Positions 53,601-63,243 of a stretch of DNA of 64,000 nt are shown here, piece by piece. The stretch comes from Nemertoderma westbladi (lineage: Eukaryota; Animalia; Xenacoelomorpha), in the NCBI GenBank assembly GCA_032718475.1, contig JAUCBJ010006245.1:1-64000 (forward strand). The letters are read 5' to 3'. The position numbers were made by a program, and so were the translations under genes. Within the stretch, counting starts at the first letter, position 1; every line of letters starts with the position of its first letter. The notes under the pieces were generated by a model. That model made no database searches and was not told the origin of the DNA. It worked only from the letters and a program-made list of their open reading frames with translations.

Positions 53601-56600
53601 AACTAACCTCCACCGCCCTAACGCTGGCCTTTAAACCCCGTTCTATCCCGTCCATCTAACCTCCACCACCCTAACCCTGGCCTTTAAACCCCGCTCTATC
53701 CCATCCATCTAACCTCCACCACCCTAACGCTGGCCTTTAAACCCCGCTCTATCCCATCCATCTAACCTCCACCACCCTAACGCTGGCCTTTAAACCCCGC
53801 TCTATCTCATCCAACTAACCTACACCGCCCTAACGCTGGCCTTTAAACCCCGCTCTATCTCATCCAACTAACCTCCACCGCCCTAACGCTGGCCTTTAAA
53901 CCCCCCTCTATCTCATCCAACTAACCTCCACCGCCCTAACGCTGGCCTTTAAACCCCGCTCTATCTCATCCAACTAACCTACACCGCCCTAACGCTGGCC
54001 TTTAAACCCCGCTCTATCTCATCCAACTAACCTACACCGCCCTAACGCTGGCCTTTAAACCCCGCTCTATCTCATCCAACTAACCTCCACCGCCCTAACG
54101 CTGGCCTTTAAACCCCCCTCTATCCCATCCAACTAACCTCCACCGCCCTAACGCTGGCCTTTAAACCCCGTTCTATCCCATCCAACTAACCTCCACCGCC
54201 CTAACACTGGCCTTTAAACCCCGTTCTATCCCGTCCAACTAACCTCCACCACCCTAACGCTGGCCTTTAAACCCCACTCTATCCCATCCAACTAACCTCC
54301 ACCGCCCTAACACTGGCCTTTAAACCCCGTTCTATCCCGTCCAACTAACCTCCACCGCCCTAACGCTGGCCTTTAAACCCCGCTCAATCTCATCCAACTA
54401 ACCTCCACCGCCCTAACGCTGGCCTTTAAACCCCACTCTATCCCATCCAACTAACCTCCACCGCCCTAACGCTGGCCTTTAAACCCCGCTCTATCTCATC
54501 CAACTAACCTCCACCGCCCTAACGCTGGCCTTTAAACCCTGCTCTATCTCATCCAACTAACCTCCACCGCCCTAACGCTGGCCTTTAAACCCCGCTCTAT
54601 CTCATCCAACTAACCTCCACCGCCCTAATGCTGGCCTTTAAACCCCACTCTATCCCATCCAACTAACCTCCACCGCCCTAACGCTGGCCTTTAAACCCCG
54701 CTCTATCTCATCCAACTAACCTCCACCGCCCTAACGCTGGCCTTTAAACCCCGCTCTATCTCATCCAACTAACCTCCACCGCCCTAACGCTGGCCTTTAA
54801 ACCCCGTTCTATCCCGTCCAACTAACCTCCACCGCCCTAACGCTGGCCTTTAAACCCCGTTCTATCCCATCCAACTAACCTCCACCGCCCTAACACTGGC
54901 CTTTAAACCCCGTTCTATCCCGTCCAACTAACCTCCACCACCCTAACGCTGGCCTTTAAACCCCGCTCTATCCCATCCAACTAACCTCCACCGCCCTAAC
55001 GCTGGCCTTTAAACCCCGTTCTATCCCGTCCAACTAACCTCCACCACCCTAACCCTGGCCTTTAAACCCTGCTCTATCCCATCCAACTAACCTCCACTGC
55101 CCTAACGCTGGCCTTTAAACCCCGCTCTATCCCATCCAACTAACCTCCACCGCCCTAACGCTGGCCTTTAAACCCCGCTCTATCCCATCCAACTAACCTC
55201 CACCACCCTAACGCTGGCCTCTAAACCCCGCTCTATCCCATCCAACTAACCTCCACCGCCCTAACGCTGGCCTTTAAACCCCGCTCTATCCCATCCAACT
55301 AACCTCCACCACCCTAACGCTGGCCTCTAAACCCCGCTCTATCCCATCCAACTAACCTCCACCACCCTAACCCTGGCCTTTAAACCCCGCTCTATCCCGT
55401 CCAACTAACCTCCACCGCCCTAACGCTGGCCTTTAAACCCCGCTCTATCCCGTCCAACTAACCTCCACCACCCTAACGCTGGCCTCTAAACCCCGCTCTA
55501 TCCCATCCAACTAACCTCCACCACCCTAACCCTGGCCTTTAAACCCCGCTCTATCCCGTCCAACTAACCTCCACCACCCTAACGCTGGCCTCTAAACCCC
55601 GCTCTATCCCATCCAACTAACCTCCACCACCCTAACCCTGGCCTTTAAACCCCGCTCTATCCCGTCCAACTAACCTCCACTGCCCTAACGCTGGCCTTTA
55701 AACCCCGCTCTATCCCGTCCAACTAACCTCCAACGCCCTAACGCTGGCCTCTAAACCCCGCTCTATCCCATCCAACTAACCTCCACCACCCTAACCCTGG
55801 CCTTTAAACCCCGCTCTATCCCATCCATCTAACCTCCACCGCCCTAATGCTGGCCTTTAAACCCCGCTCTATCTCATCCAACTAACCTCCACCGCCCTAA
55901 CGCTGGCCTTTAAACCCCGCTCTATCCCGTCCAACTAACCTCCACCACCCTATCGCTGGCCTTTAAACCCCGCTCTATCCCGTCCAACTAACCTCCACCA
56001 CCCTAACGCTGGCCTTTAAACCCCGCTCTATCCCATCCATCTAACCTCCACCACCCTAACCCTGGCCTTTAAACCCTGCTCTATCCCATCCAACTAACCT
56101 CCACCGCCCTAATGCTGGCCTTTAAACCCCGCTCTATCTCATCCAACTAACCTACACCGCCCTAACGCTGGCCTTTAAACCCCGCTCTATCCCATCCATC
56201 TAACCTCCACCGCCCTAACGCTGGCCTTTAAACCCCGCTCTATCCCATCCAACTAACCTCCACCACGCTAACGCTGGCCTTTAAACCCCGCTCTATCCCA
56301 TCCAACTAACCTCCACCACCCTAACGCTGGCCTTTAAACCCCGCTCTATCTCATCCAACTAACCTACACCGCCCTAACGCTGGCCTTTAAACCCCGCTCT
56401 ATCCCATCCATCTAACCTCCACCGCCCTAACGCTGGCCTTTAAACCCCGCTCTATCCCATCCAACTAACCTCCACCACCCTAACGCTGGCCTTTAAACCC
56501 CCCTCTATCTCATCCAACTAACCTCCACCACCCTAACGATGGGCTTTAAACCCCGCTCTATCCCGTCCAACTAACCTCCACCGCCCTAATGCTGGCCTTT

Positions 56601-59600
56601 AAACCCCGCTCTATCCCGTCCAACTAACCTCCCTGCCCTAACGCTGGCCTTTAAACCCCTCTCTATCCCGCCCAACTAACCTCCACCGCCCTAACACTGG
56701 CCTTTAAACCCCCCTCTATCTCATCCAACTAACCTCCACCACCCTAACGATGGGCTTTAAACCCCGCTCTATCCCGTCCAACTAACCTCCACCGCCCTAA
56801 TGCTGGCCTTTAAACCCCGCTCTATCCCATCCAACTAACCTCCACCGCCCTAACGCTGGCCTTTAAACCCCCCTCTATCTCATCCAACTAACCTCCACCG
56901 CCCTAACGCTGGGCTTTAAACCCCGCTCTATCCCGTCCAACTAACCTCCACCGCCCTAATGCTGGCCTTTAAACCCCGCTCTATCCCATCCAACTAACCT
57001 CCACCGCCCTAATGCTGGCCTTTAAACCCCGCTCTATCCCATCCAACTAACCTCCACCGCCCTAACGCTGGCCTTTAAACCCCCCTCTATCTCATCCAAC
57101 TAACCTCCACCACCCTAACGCTGGGCTTTAAACCCCGCTCTATCCCGTCCAACTAACCTCCACCGCCCTAACGCTGGCCTTTAAACCCCCCTCTATCCCG
57201 TCCAACTAACCTCCACCGCCCTAACGCTGGGCTTTAAACCCCGCTCTATCCCGTCCAACTAACCTCCCTGCCCTAACACTGGCCTTTCAACCCCACTCTA
57301 TCCCATCCAACTAACCTCCACCGCCCTAACGCTGGCCTTTAAACCCCCCTCTATCCCATCCAACTAACCTCCACCGCCCTAACGCTGGCCTTTAAACCCC
57401 CCTCTATCTCATCCAACTAACCTCCACCACCCTAACGCTGGCCTTTAAACCCCGTTCTATCCCGTCCAACTAACCTCCCTGCCCTAACACTGGCCTTTAA
57501 ACCCCGCTCTATCCCGTCCAACTAACCTCCACCGCCCTAATGCTGGCCTTTAAACCCCGTTCTATCCCATCCAACTAACCTCCACCGCCCTAACGCTGGC
57601 CTTTAAACCCCCCTCTATCTCATCCAACTAACCTCCACCGCCCTAACGCTGGCCTTTAAACCCCCCTCTATCTCATCCAACTAACCTCCACCACCCTAAC
57701 GATGGGCTTTAAACCCCGCTCTATCCCGTCCAACTAACCTCCCTGCCCTAACGCTGGCCTTTAAACCCCGTTCTATCCCATCCAACTAACCTCCACCGCC
57801 CTAACGCTGGCCTTTAAACCCCCCTCTATCTCATCCAACTAACCTCCACCACCCTAACGCTGGCCTTTAAACCCCGTTCTATCCCGTCCAACTAACCTCC
57901 CTGCCCTAACGCTGGCCTTTAAACCCCGCTCTATCCCGTCCAACTAACCTCCACCGCCCTAATGCTGGCCTTTAAACCCCGTTCTATCCCATCCAACTAA
58001 CCTCCACCGCCCTAACGCTGGCCTTTAAACCCCCCTCTATCTCATCCAACTAACCTCCACCGCCCTAACGCTGGCCTTTAAACCCCCCTCTATCTCATCC
58101 AACTAACCTCCACCACCCTAACGATGGGCTTTAAACCCCGCTCTATCCCGTCCAACTAACCTCCCTGCCCTAATGCTGGCCTTTAAACCCTGCTCTATCC
58201 CATCCAACTAACCTCCACCGCCCTAACGCTGGCCTTTAAACCCCCCTCTATCTCATCCAACTAACCTCCACCGCCCTAACGCTGGCCTTTAAACCCCCCT
58301 CTATCTCATCCAACTAACCTCCACCACCCTAACGATGGGCTTTAAACCCCGCTCTATCCCGTCCAACTAACCTCCACCGCCCTAACGCTGGCCTTTAAAC
58401 CCCCCTCTATCTCATCCAACTAACCTCCACCACCCTAACGCTGGCCTTTAAACCCCGTTCTATCCCGTCCAACTAACCTCCCTGCCCTAACGCTGGCCTT
58501 TAAACCCCGCTCTATCCCGTCCAACTAACCTTCACCGCCCTAACGCTGGCCTTTAAACCCCGCTCTATCCCGTCCAACTAACCTCCACCGCCCTAACGCT
58601 GGCCTTTAAACCCCCCTCTATCTCATCCAACTAACCTCCACCGCCCTAACGCTGGCCTTTAAACCCCCCTCTATCTCATCCAACTAACCTCCACCACCCT
58701 AACGATGGGCTTTAAACCCCCCTCTATCTCATCCAACTAACCTCCACCACCCTAACGCTGGCCTTTAAACCCCCCTCTATCTCATCCAACTAACCTCCAC
58801 CACCCTAACGATGGGCTTTAAACCCCCCTCTATCTCATCCAACTAACCTCCACCGCCCTAACGCTGGCCTTTAAACCCCCCTCTATCTCATCCAACTAAC
58901 CTCCACCACCCTAACGCTGGCCTTTAAACCCCCCTCTATCTCATCCAACTAACCTCCACCACCCTAACGCTGGCCTTTAAACCCCCCTCTATCTCATCCA
59001 ACTAACCTCCACCACCCTAACGATGGGCTTTAAACCCCCCTCTATCTCATCCAACTAACCTCCACCGCCCTAACGCTGGCCTTTAAACCCCCCTCTATCT
59101 CATCCAACTAACCTCCACCACCCTAACGATGGGCTTTAAACCCCCCTCTATCTCATCCAACTAACCTCCACCGCCCTAACGCTGGCCTTTAAACCCCCCT
59201 CTATCTCATCCAACTAACCTCCACCACCCTAACGCTGGCCTTTAAACCCCCCTCTATCTCATCCAACTAACCTCCACCACCCTAACGCTGGCCTTTAAAC
59301 CCCCCTCTATCTCATCCAACTAACCTCCACCACCCTAACGATGGGCTTTAAACCCCCCTCTATCTCATCCAACTAACCTCCACCACCCTAACGATGGGCT
59401 TTAAACCCCGCTCTATCCCGTCCAACTAACCTCCACCGCCCTAACGCTGGCCTTTAAACCCCCCTCTATCTCATCCAACTAACCTCCACCACCCTAACGC
59501 TGGCCTTTAAACCCCTCTCTATCTCATCCAACTAACCTCCACCACCCTAACGCTGGCCTTTAAACCCCCCTCTATCTCATCCAACTAACCTCCACCACCC

Positions 59601-62600
59601 TAACGATGGGCTTTAAACCCCCCTCTATCTCATCCAACTAACCTCCACCGCCCTAACGCTGGCCTTTAAACCCCCCTCTATCTCATCCAACTAACCTCCA
59701 CCACCCTAACGCTGGCCTTTAAACCCCTCTCTATCTCATCCAACTAACCTCCACCACCCTAACGCTGGCCTTTAAACCCCGCTCTATCTCATCCAACTAA
59801 CCTCCACCGCCCTAACGATGGGCTTTAAACCCCGCTCTATCCCGTCCAACTAACCTCCCTGCCCTAACGCTGGCCTTTAAACCCCCCTCTATCTCATCCA
59901 ACTAACCTCCACCACCCTAACGATGGGCTTTAAACCCCGCTCTATCTCATCCAACTAACCTACACCGCCCTAACGCTGGCCTTTAAACCCCGTTCTATCC
60001 CGTCCAACTAACCTCCACCGCCCTAACGCTGGCCTTTAAACCCCCCTCTATCTCATCCATCTAACCTCCACCGCCCTAACGCTGGCCTTTAAACCCCCCT
60101 CTATCTCATCCAACTAACCTCCACCACCCTAACGATGGGCTTTAAACCCCGCTCTATCCCGTCCAACTAACCTCCACCGCCCTAACGCTGGCCTTTAAAC
60201 CCCCCTCTATCTCATCCAACTAACCTCCACCACCCTAACGCTGGCCTTTAAACCCCGTTCTATCCCGTCCAACTAACCTCCACCGCCCTAATGCTGGCCT
60301 TTAAACCCCCCTCTATCTCATCCAACTAACCTACACCGCCCTAACGCTGGCCTTTAAACCCCGCTCTATCTCATCCAACTAACTTCCACCGCCCTAACGC
60401 TGGCCTTTAAACCCCACTCTATCCTGTCCAACTAACCTCCACCACCCTAACGCTGGCCTTTAAACCCTGCTCTATCCCATCCAACTAACCTCCACCGCCC
60501 TAACGCTGGCCTTTAAACCCCGCTCTATCTCATCCAACTAACCTCCACCGCCCTAATGCTGGCCTTTAAACCCCGTTCAATCCCGTCCAACTAACCTCCA
60601 CCGCCCTAACGCTGGCCTTTAAACCCCGCTCTATCTCATCCAACTAACCTACACCGCCCTAATGCTGGCCTTTAAACCCCGTTCTATCCCGTCCAACTAA
60701 CCTCCACCGCCCTAACGCTGGCCTTTAAACCCCGTTCTATCCCGTCCAACTAACCTACACTGCCCTAACACTGGCCTTTAAACCCCGTTCTATCCCGTCC
60801 AACTAACCTCCACCACCCTAACGCTGGCCTTTAAACCCCGCTCTATCCCATCCAACTAACCTCCACCGCCCTAACTACTACTACTACTACTAGGATCGGC
60901 ATGCTGCATTGCAGCTGCATTTTTAAGAATGCTGTGCCGGCTTGTCAACAAAATTGCACCGCCACAACTACCTATCACCCATGACATTTGCTAGATCATC
61001 CGCATCTTTAAGGCCAGTGTCCTTTAAGATGCGTCTCAAGAAAGTCATGGGCTGTCCACCATGCTTATTCACTCCATGAGGCTGCCAAAGTACAAGATTA
61101 TGCACTGGCTGGTCCTCACGGCGAAAGCAATGTCATGCAAAGCGGAGGCGATTTTGTTCTAGTGTCAAGCTTGGGGGAACCAATGAGACACCTCCAATGT
61201 TATATAGTGTCTGGTTGGAGATGAGTGCATTGTACTTGACACAATGAACCCGGCGTAGCATTCTTGTGAATGTGCCATCCAGAGATTTGGTGTCCTCAGC
61301 AGTTAGAGCCCAGCATGGACTCCCGTAGAGGAGTACTGGAACTACTGCTGCTCTAAATAATCGGACCTTAAGTTTCCGATTAATTCTCGGTGACTTCCAA
61401 ATCCTGGAAAGCCTATTCAAGGCTGCCCATGCCTTTCCCTTACGTATTCGAAGGTCCTCATCTGACTTCCGGATCCATGATCCCAGGTAACAGAAGTCGT
61501 CCACCACATGCTCAAGCATACCATCCTTTGAGCTTATGCTCATCCGATCAGAGACTTGCTGAGGACTTTCAAAGTTAACTGTCAGAATTTTGGTCTTTCT
61601 GGAGTTAATAAAAAGACCAACACTAGAAGCAGCATGTTCTAATGAGCTGAGGAGCCGTTGGGCTCCCTCTAATGATTCTGAGAGTACTCCTAAGTCATCA
61701 GCAAAATCTAGATCAGTTAGGTACTTGGCAGGATTTCCTCGACTTCTGGAGCCAGTAGGTGGAGTTATCATCACCCCATCATCATTATAATGATCTAAGG
61801 ACATGCGTAGAACATAGTCAACCACAATAATGAACAAGAATGGTGCAAGTGTGTCTCCTTGGAGGACGCCCCATAACACTTCAAATGGTTCTGTGTCACC
61901 GTCAACAGTAGACACAAATGTTGTCGAACCATCGAATACTGATCTGATTGCTGCAATAATTTCATCAGGAATTCCATATAATGAAAGTATGCTGAACATA
62001 CGTGAGCGAGAGACTGGATCAAAGGCCTTGAAGAAGTCAACAAAGATAACAGCCAGATGCCTGTCTTTCTTTTTTGATAACTCTTCAATTATCCTTCTAA
62101 GTGCCAAAATGGGCTCCATGGTCCCACGACCTTTACGGAACCCATTCTGATTTCCACGGAGCAGTCTCTCAATGGGATCCCTGATGCGATTTAATAGAAT
62201 CCTATTGTATAGCTTTGCAGCAATCGAGATCAATGAGATTCCCCGAAAAGAACCATAGAGTGTTAGGTTGCCCTTCTTGGGAACTGCCACCAATTTATTT
62301 GTTTTCATTTCTTGTGGGACTCTTGTTGTTCGGCCTTTCAACCCCACTCTATCCCATCCAACTAACCTCCACCGCCCTAACGCTGGCCTTTAAACCCCGT
62401 TCTATCCCGTCCAACTAACCTCCACCGCCCTAACGCTGGCCTTTAAACCCCGCTCTATCCCATCCAACTAACCTCCACCACCCTAACGCTGGCCTTTAAA
62501 CCCCGTTCTATCCCGTCCAACTAACCTCCACCGCCCTAACGCTGGCCTTTAAACCCCGTTCTATCCCATCCAACTAACCTCCACCGCCCTAACGCTGGCC

Positions 62601-63243
62601 TTTAAACCCCGCTCTATCCCATCCAACTCCATCTGTTTAGACAGCGCGACGGTTCTCTGGTCCCGAAGTTCCACCTCCCGACCCAACAGGTCGTAGAGAC
62701 TCGCGCCCTGCGAGGTGATATCCGAAGCGAGTTGTCGGCAGAGTTTCAATTCGTTCGCCTGAATGATGAAACATTAATTAAAGCCCTTAACGGTGATCTA
62801 TTAATCATACAAACTCTTTTCTAGTCCTGTTACAAAAATATGGTCAACAGTGAAGATGATGTCAGTTTCATAATTGAATATTTATGACAACAAAATTAAC
62901 GCAAAATTTTGTCAACTTAAAAGCCCAAATATTAAAAAGTATCACAAATTTATACTCTAAAAAAATGAATAAATTCAATAAAACAGGTAAAGGAATATGA
63001 TATAAGTACAGGTAAAGTATAAGTTCATTTATAAGTATAAATGAATTAGTACGACTGACTTACTCTACTGTTCATATCGTAACTCCGACTGGATGGTGCA
63101 GACGAACTGTCTGCATTGTCTAACTGTTTGTTCGATTTAATCGCATTGTAGAGAATACCTGTGACTTTTAGCAATTCTTTAACTGCGTACCCATCAGCTT
63201 GGTACAACTTCTTCGTGTTGAGTTTTATGTGCGCTTTAGTCGC
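5471..63243 (-). CDS. CLUAP1: Clusterin-associated protein 1 / IFT38 gene, multi-exon, 5' part outside the window
   Basis: Exons 63064-63243, 62579-62758, 43033-43166, 20178-20319, 18857-19046 and 6114-6205, then 5835-5972 or 5471-5632, all have AG/GT boundaries and compatible phases (0,0,2,0,1,0). The joined peptide has CLUAP1 motifs recognised from memory of the family: [80 protein letters not shown], and an acidic tail ending SDDDF. Confidence 0.95.
5835..5972 (-). CDS. CLUAP1: CLUAP1 terminal exon, proximal variant
   Basis: gttag|GAT...TTT TAG; encodes [45 protein letters not shown]; phase 0. Confidence 0.8.
   Translation of the reverse strand, partial: DLSLTNSSDDGDLDIDGSMMDPVAAASRTTFKQRQPITNDSDDDF
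6114..6205 (-). CDS. CLUAP1: CLUAP1 exon F (92 nt)
   Basis: tttag|GA...GAT|gtaagt; encodes (G)[30 protein letters not shown], resembling the CLUAP1 G(T/S)MxGGDS motif. Confidence 0.88.
6279..18876 (-). repeat. Exon E/donor-derived minisatellite: 48-bp main unit plus 47-, 30- and 18-bp variants, about 12.6 kb
   Basis: Sense unit GAGCTGATGCTAAAG|GTAGGTTGGGTGGGAGTTGGTTGTGGGAGTGGG = last 15 nt of exon E, its donor and the intron start; roughly 280 copies. Confidence 0.97.
18188..18453. mobile_element. Foldback-like MITE with 9-bp TSD (Mutator-like) inserted in the array
   Basis: AGCATCAGC duplicated at 18179-18187 and 18454-18462; ends GGATGTAGGA / TCCTGCTTCC; built from 15-bp GGACAATTCGGTCCC units in direct and inverted blocks. 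Confidence 0.8.
18857..19046 (-). CDS. CLUAP1: CLUAP1 exon E (190 nt)
   Basis: tgcag|GCG...AAA G|gtaggt; encodes [24 protein letters not shown]...[10 protein letters not shown]; phase 1 fits exon F. Confidence 0.85.
19398..20162. repeat. Degenerate 22-bp minisatellite (ACTGCTCACTGCACTGTGCATT)n
   Basis: About 35 units, starting about 16 nt into intron D-E from the donor. Confidence 0.92.
20178..20319 (-). CDS. CLUAP1: CLUAP1 exon D (142 nt)
   Basis: attag|A CCT GCC...GAG|gtggga; encodes (R)[47 protein letters not shown]. Confidence 0.93.
20742..22174. repeat. 63-bp minisatellite abutting the BEL/Pao integrase
   Basis: Unit CACAGTAAACCCTTCCACTCTGTTTCCTAAAGGAATGCCTGTTCACCACCATGGGTGATCTTC, about 22 copies with indel variants. 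Confidence 0.92.
22173..24644 (-). mobile_element. Degenerate BEL/Pao retrotransposon, 3' part (RT end, RNase H, integrase)
   Basis: Frameshifted ORFs with [75 protein letters not shown]. Confidence 0.9.
24645..24817 (-). repeat. Gypsy 3' LTR
   Basis: 173 bp; preceded on the minus strand by polypurine tract AAAGGGGGGAG. Confidence 0.95.
24859..26277 (-). CDS. Gypsy integrase
   Basis: HQSHQGIE...FWPGL zinc-finger region, [27 protein letters not shown]...SPAELVFGR. Confidence 0.9.
   Translation of the reverse strand: MCAHINATVIALADNNSNSSLNDPNIESIKQAAILDPEYQKLIYLIQNGFPAKPTNLVHNLQPYWKLRNDLSVDDGLVLYLSRIVIPQSQRCHVLELLHQSHQGIERSKRRARQTVFWPGLTVDIINKVGKCMPFQQHKPSLPPEPLLSDLQPTRPFEEVGLDLFSYAGQHYLAYIDRFSGWPEIHAFGRHDPNSAKVATVLRHLFSNLGIPIKLRTDGGPQFHSAEFRSFLQDWGVNQLFSAPHFPQSTGLTESAVKTLKHLVATSSHHGDIQTDSFHKRLLELRNTPRVNGFSPAELVFGRQTRARVPSHHTNFSSQWTKHLDTLDTMVTPPPQIQNRPLKALTVHTPVHIQNAKTKLWDRTGSIIGASGRNYHIRLPSGHVLWRNRRHIRRNILDQEPQMKYSARLLPKGILKEYHKNRIPPNNNQKNKCTLNPAMDVVVFQKDEPPTAMLRRSSRIRHQPIRYDSTKY
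26241..27539 (-). pseudogene. Gypsy RT-RNase H
   Basis: [23 protein letters not shown] (expected Asp replaced by Val), [23 protein letters not shown]; frameshift before the integrase. Confidence 0.92.
29890..30855. repeat. 66-bp tandem repeat within LINE ORF2
   Basis: About 14 units reading [22 protein letters not shown] in the ORF2 frame. Confidence 0.93.
32208..32231 (-). other. 2A-like StopGo motif DIESNPGP
   Basis: [12 protein letters not shown] matches D(V/I)ExNPGP just before the APE domain. Confidence 0.8.
33294..34043 (-). CDS. LINE ORF1 (coiled coil plus RRM-like domain)
   Basis: Heptad region, then [35 protein letters not shown]. Confidence 0.85.
   Translation of the reverse strand: MSRSTQSRSSSNTPATNKELDGSNSEILSAISKLSDDISFLKSEVAPLKKVINDITSLKKEVSSIKKDTSELSALLLRVDQLEIEAASLKSRLATFDTKFDDLDQLSRRSNFLIHALPENKDHHPVLHDLGLQPSDIDISHRFGVKKNDHGKSRPVLVCLLSQAKKIHVMKNKGSVASNSLFITEHLTKRRATLLSTLKEHKRNGLLHSAYTFNGTIMAKAQEGVKPVPIHSDVDIGTLIRGSGLSKGE
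34278..34942 (-). pseudogene. Gypsy aspartic protease and RT N-terminus
   Basis: ALPDTGS motif; ends MVEKGII at the LINE TSD and resumes [16 protein letters not shown] near 27525. Confidence 0.88.
34950..36180 (-). pseudogene. Gypsy gag, frameshifted
   Basis: Fragmented ORFs with a charged coiled coil and zinc-knuckle-like [22 protein letters not shown]. Confidence 0.7.
36242..36259 (-). promoter_or_regulatory. Primer-binding site, probably tRNA-Ser
   Basis: TGGCGCTGCGAGTAGGAT directly after the LTR; its complement ATCCTACTCGCAGCGCCA resembles a tRNA-Ser 3' end. Confidence 0.75.
36260..36432 (-). repeat. Gypsy 5' LTR
   Basis: 173 bp; 3 mismatches to 24645-24817; followed by the PBS. Confidence 0.95.
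36433..39848 (-). mobile_element. Degenerate BEL/Pao retrotransposon, 5' part (gag, protease, RT start)
   Basis: [22 protein letters not shown]...[18 protein letters not shown] (protease), [23 protein letters not shown]...FCLDLEA; reading resumes across the Gypsy TSD; no LTR seen. Confidence 0.88.
38875..39381 (-). mobile_element. 5'-truncated RTE-type LINE in BEL gag
   Basis: Close match to 60890-61385; CCAGAT TSD at 38869-38874 and 39382-39387; removing it restores gag TYLSGKAL. Confidence 0.88.
39849..43078 (-). repeat. Exon C/donor-derived 54-bp minisatellite (some 60-bp units), about 3.2 kb
   Basis: Sense unit GAGTTGGAGAGAGGACAGAAACGGTTGAGCACGTTGCAGACAGTTAG|GTTAGTG = last 47 nt of exon C plus 7 nt of donor; about 59 copies. 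Confidence 0.97.
43033..43166 (-). CDS. CLUAP1: CLUAP1 exon C (134 nt)
   Basis: attag|GCT...GTT AG|gttagt; encodes [44 protein letters not shown](R); phase 2 fits exon D. Confidence 0.92.
43192..62628 (-). repeat. Exon B/donor-derived 53-bp minisatellite, about 19.4 kb including an RTE insert
   Basis: Sense unit TTGGATGGGATAGAGCGGGGTTTAAAGGCCAGCGTTAGGGCGGTGGAG|GTTAG = last 48 nt of exon B plus donor; roughly 340 copies. Confidence 0.97.
60874..62331 (-). mobile_element. 5'-truncated RTE-type LINE with (TAG)n tail, inserted in the 53-bp array
   Basis: RT ORF 61133-62347 with [40 protein letters not shown]; about six TAG repeats at the 3' end. Confidence 0.92.
62579..62758 (-). CDS. CLUAP1: CLUAP1 exon B (180 nt)
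   Basis: ttcag|GCG...GAG|gttagt; encodes [60 protein letters not shown]. Confidence 0.93.
63064..63243 (-). CDS. CLUAP1: CLUAP1 exon A (180 nt)
   Basis: tatag|GCG...AGA|gtaagt; encodes [37 protein letters not shown]...YDMNSR. Confidence 0.95.

Noticed and set aside
6279-62628. CRISPR array interpretation of the repeats
   Set aside because: No unique spacers, no cas genes, eukaryotic context.
43192-62628. Telomeric origin of the 53-mer (TTAGGG once per unit)
   Set aside because: The hexamer is simply exon B codons GTT AGG GCG; there are no tandem TTAGGG runs.
43033-62758. New intron gain by tandem duplication of AGGT
   Set aside because: Each intron ends in a separate, ordinary AT-rich acceptor not derived from the unit. 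As far as I recall, these boundaries match vertebrate CLUAP1 intron positions (needs alignment), so the arrays enlarged existing introns.
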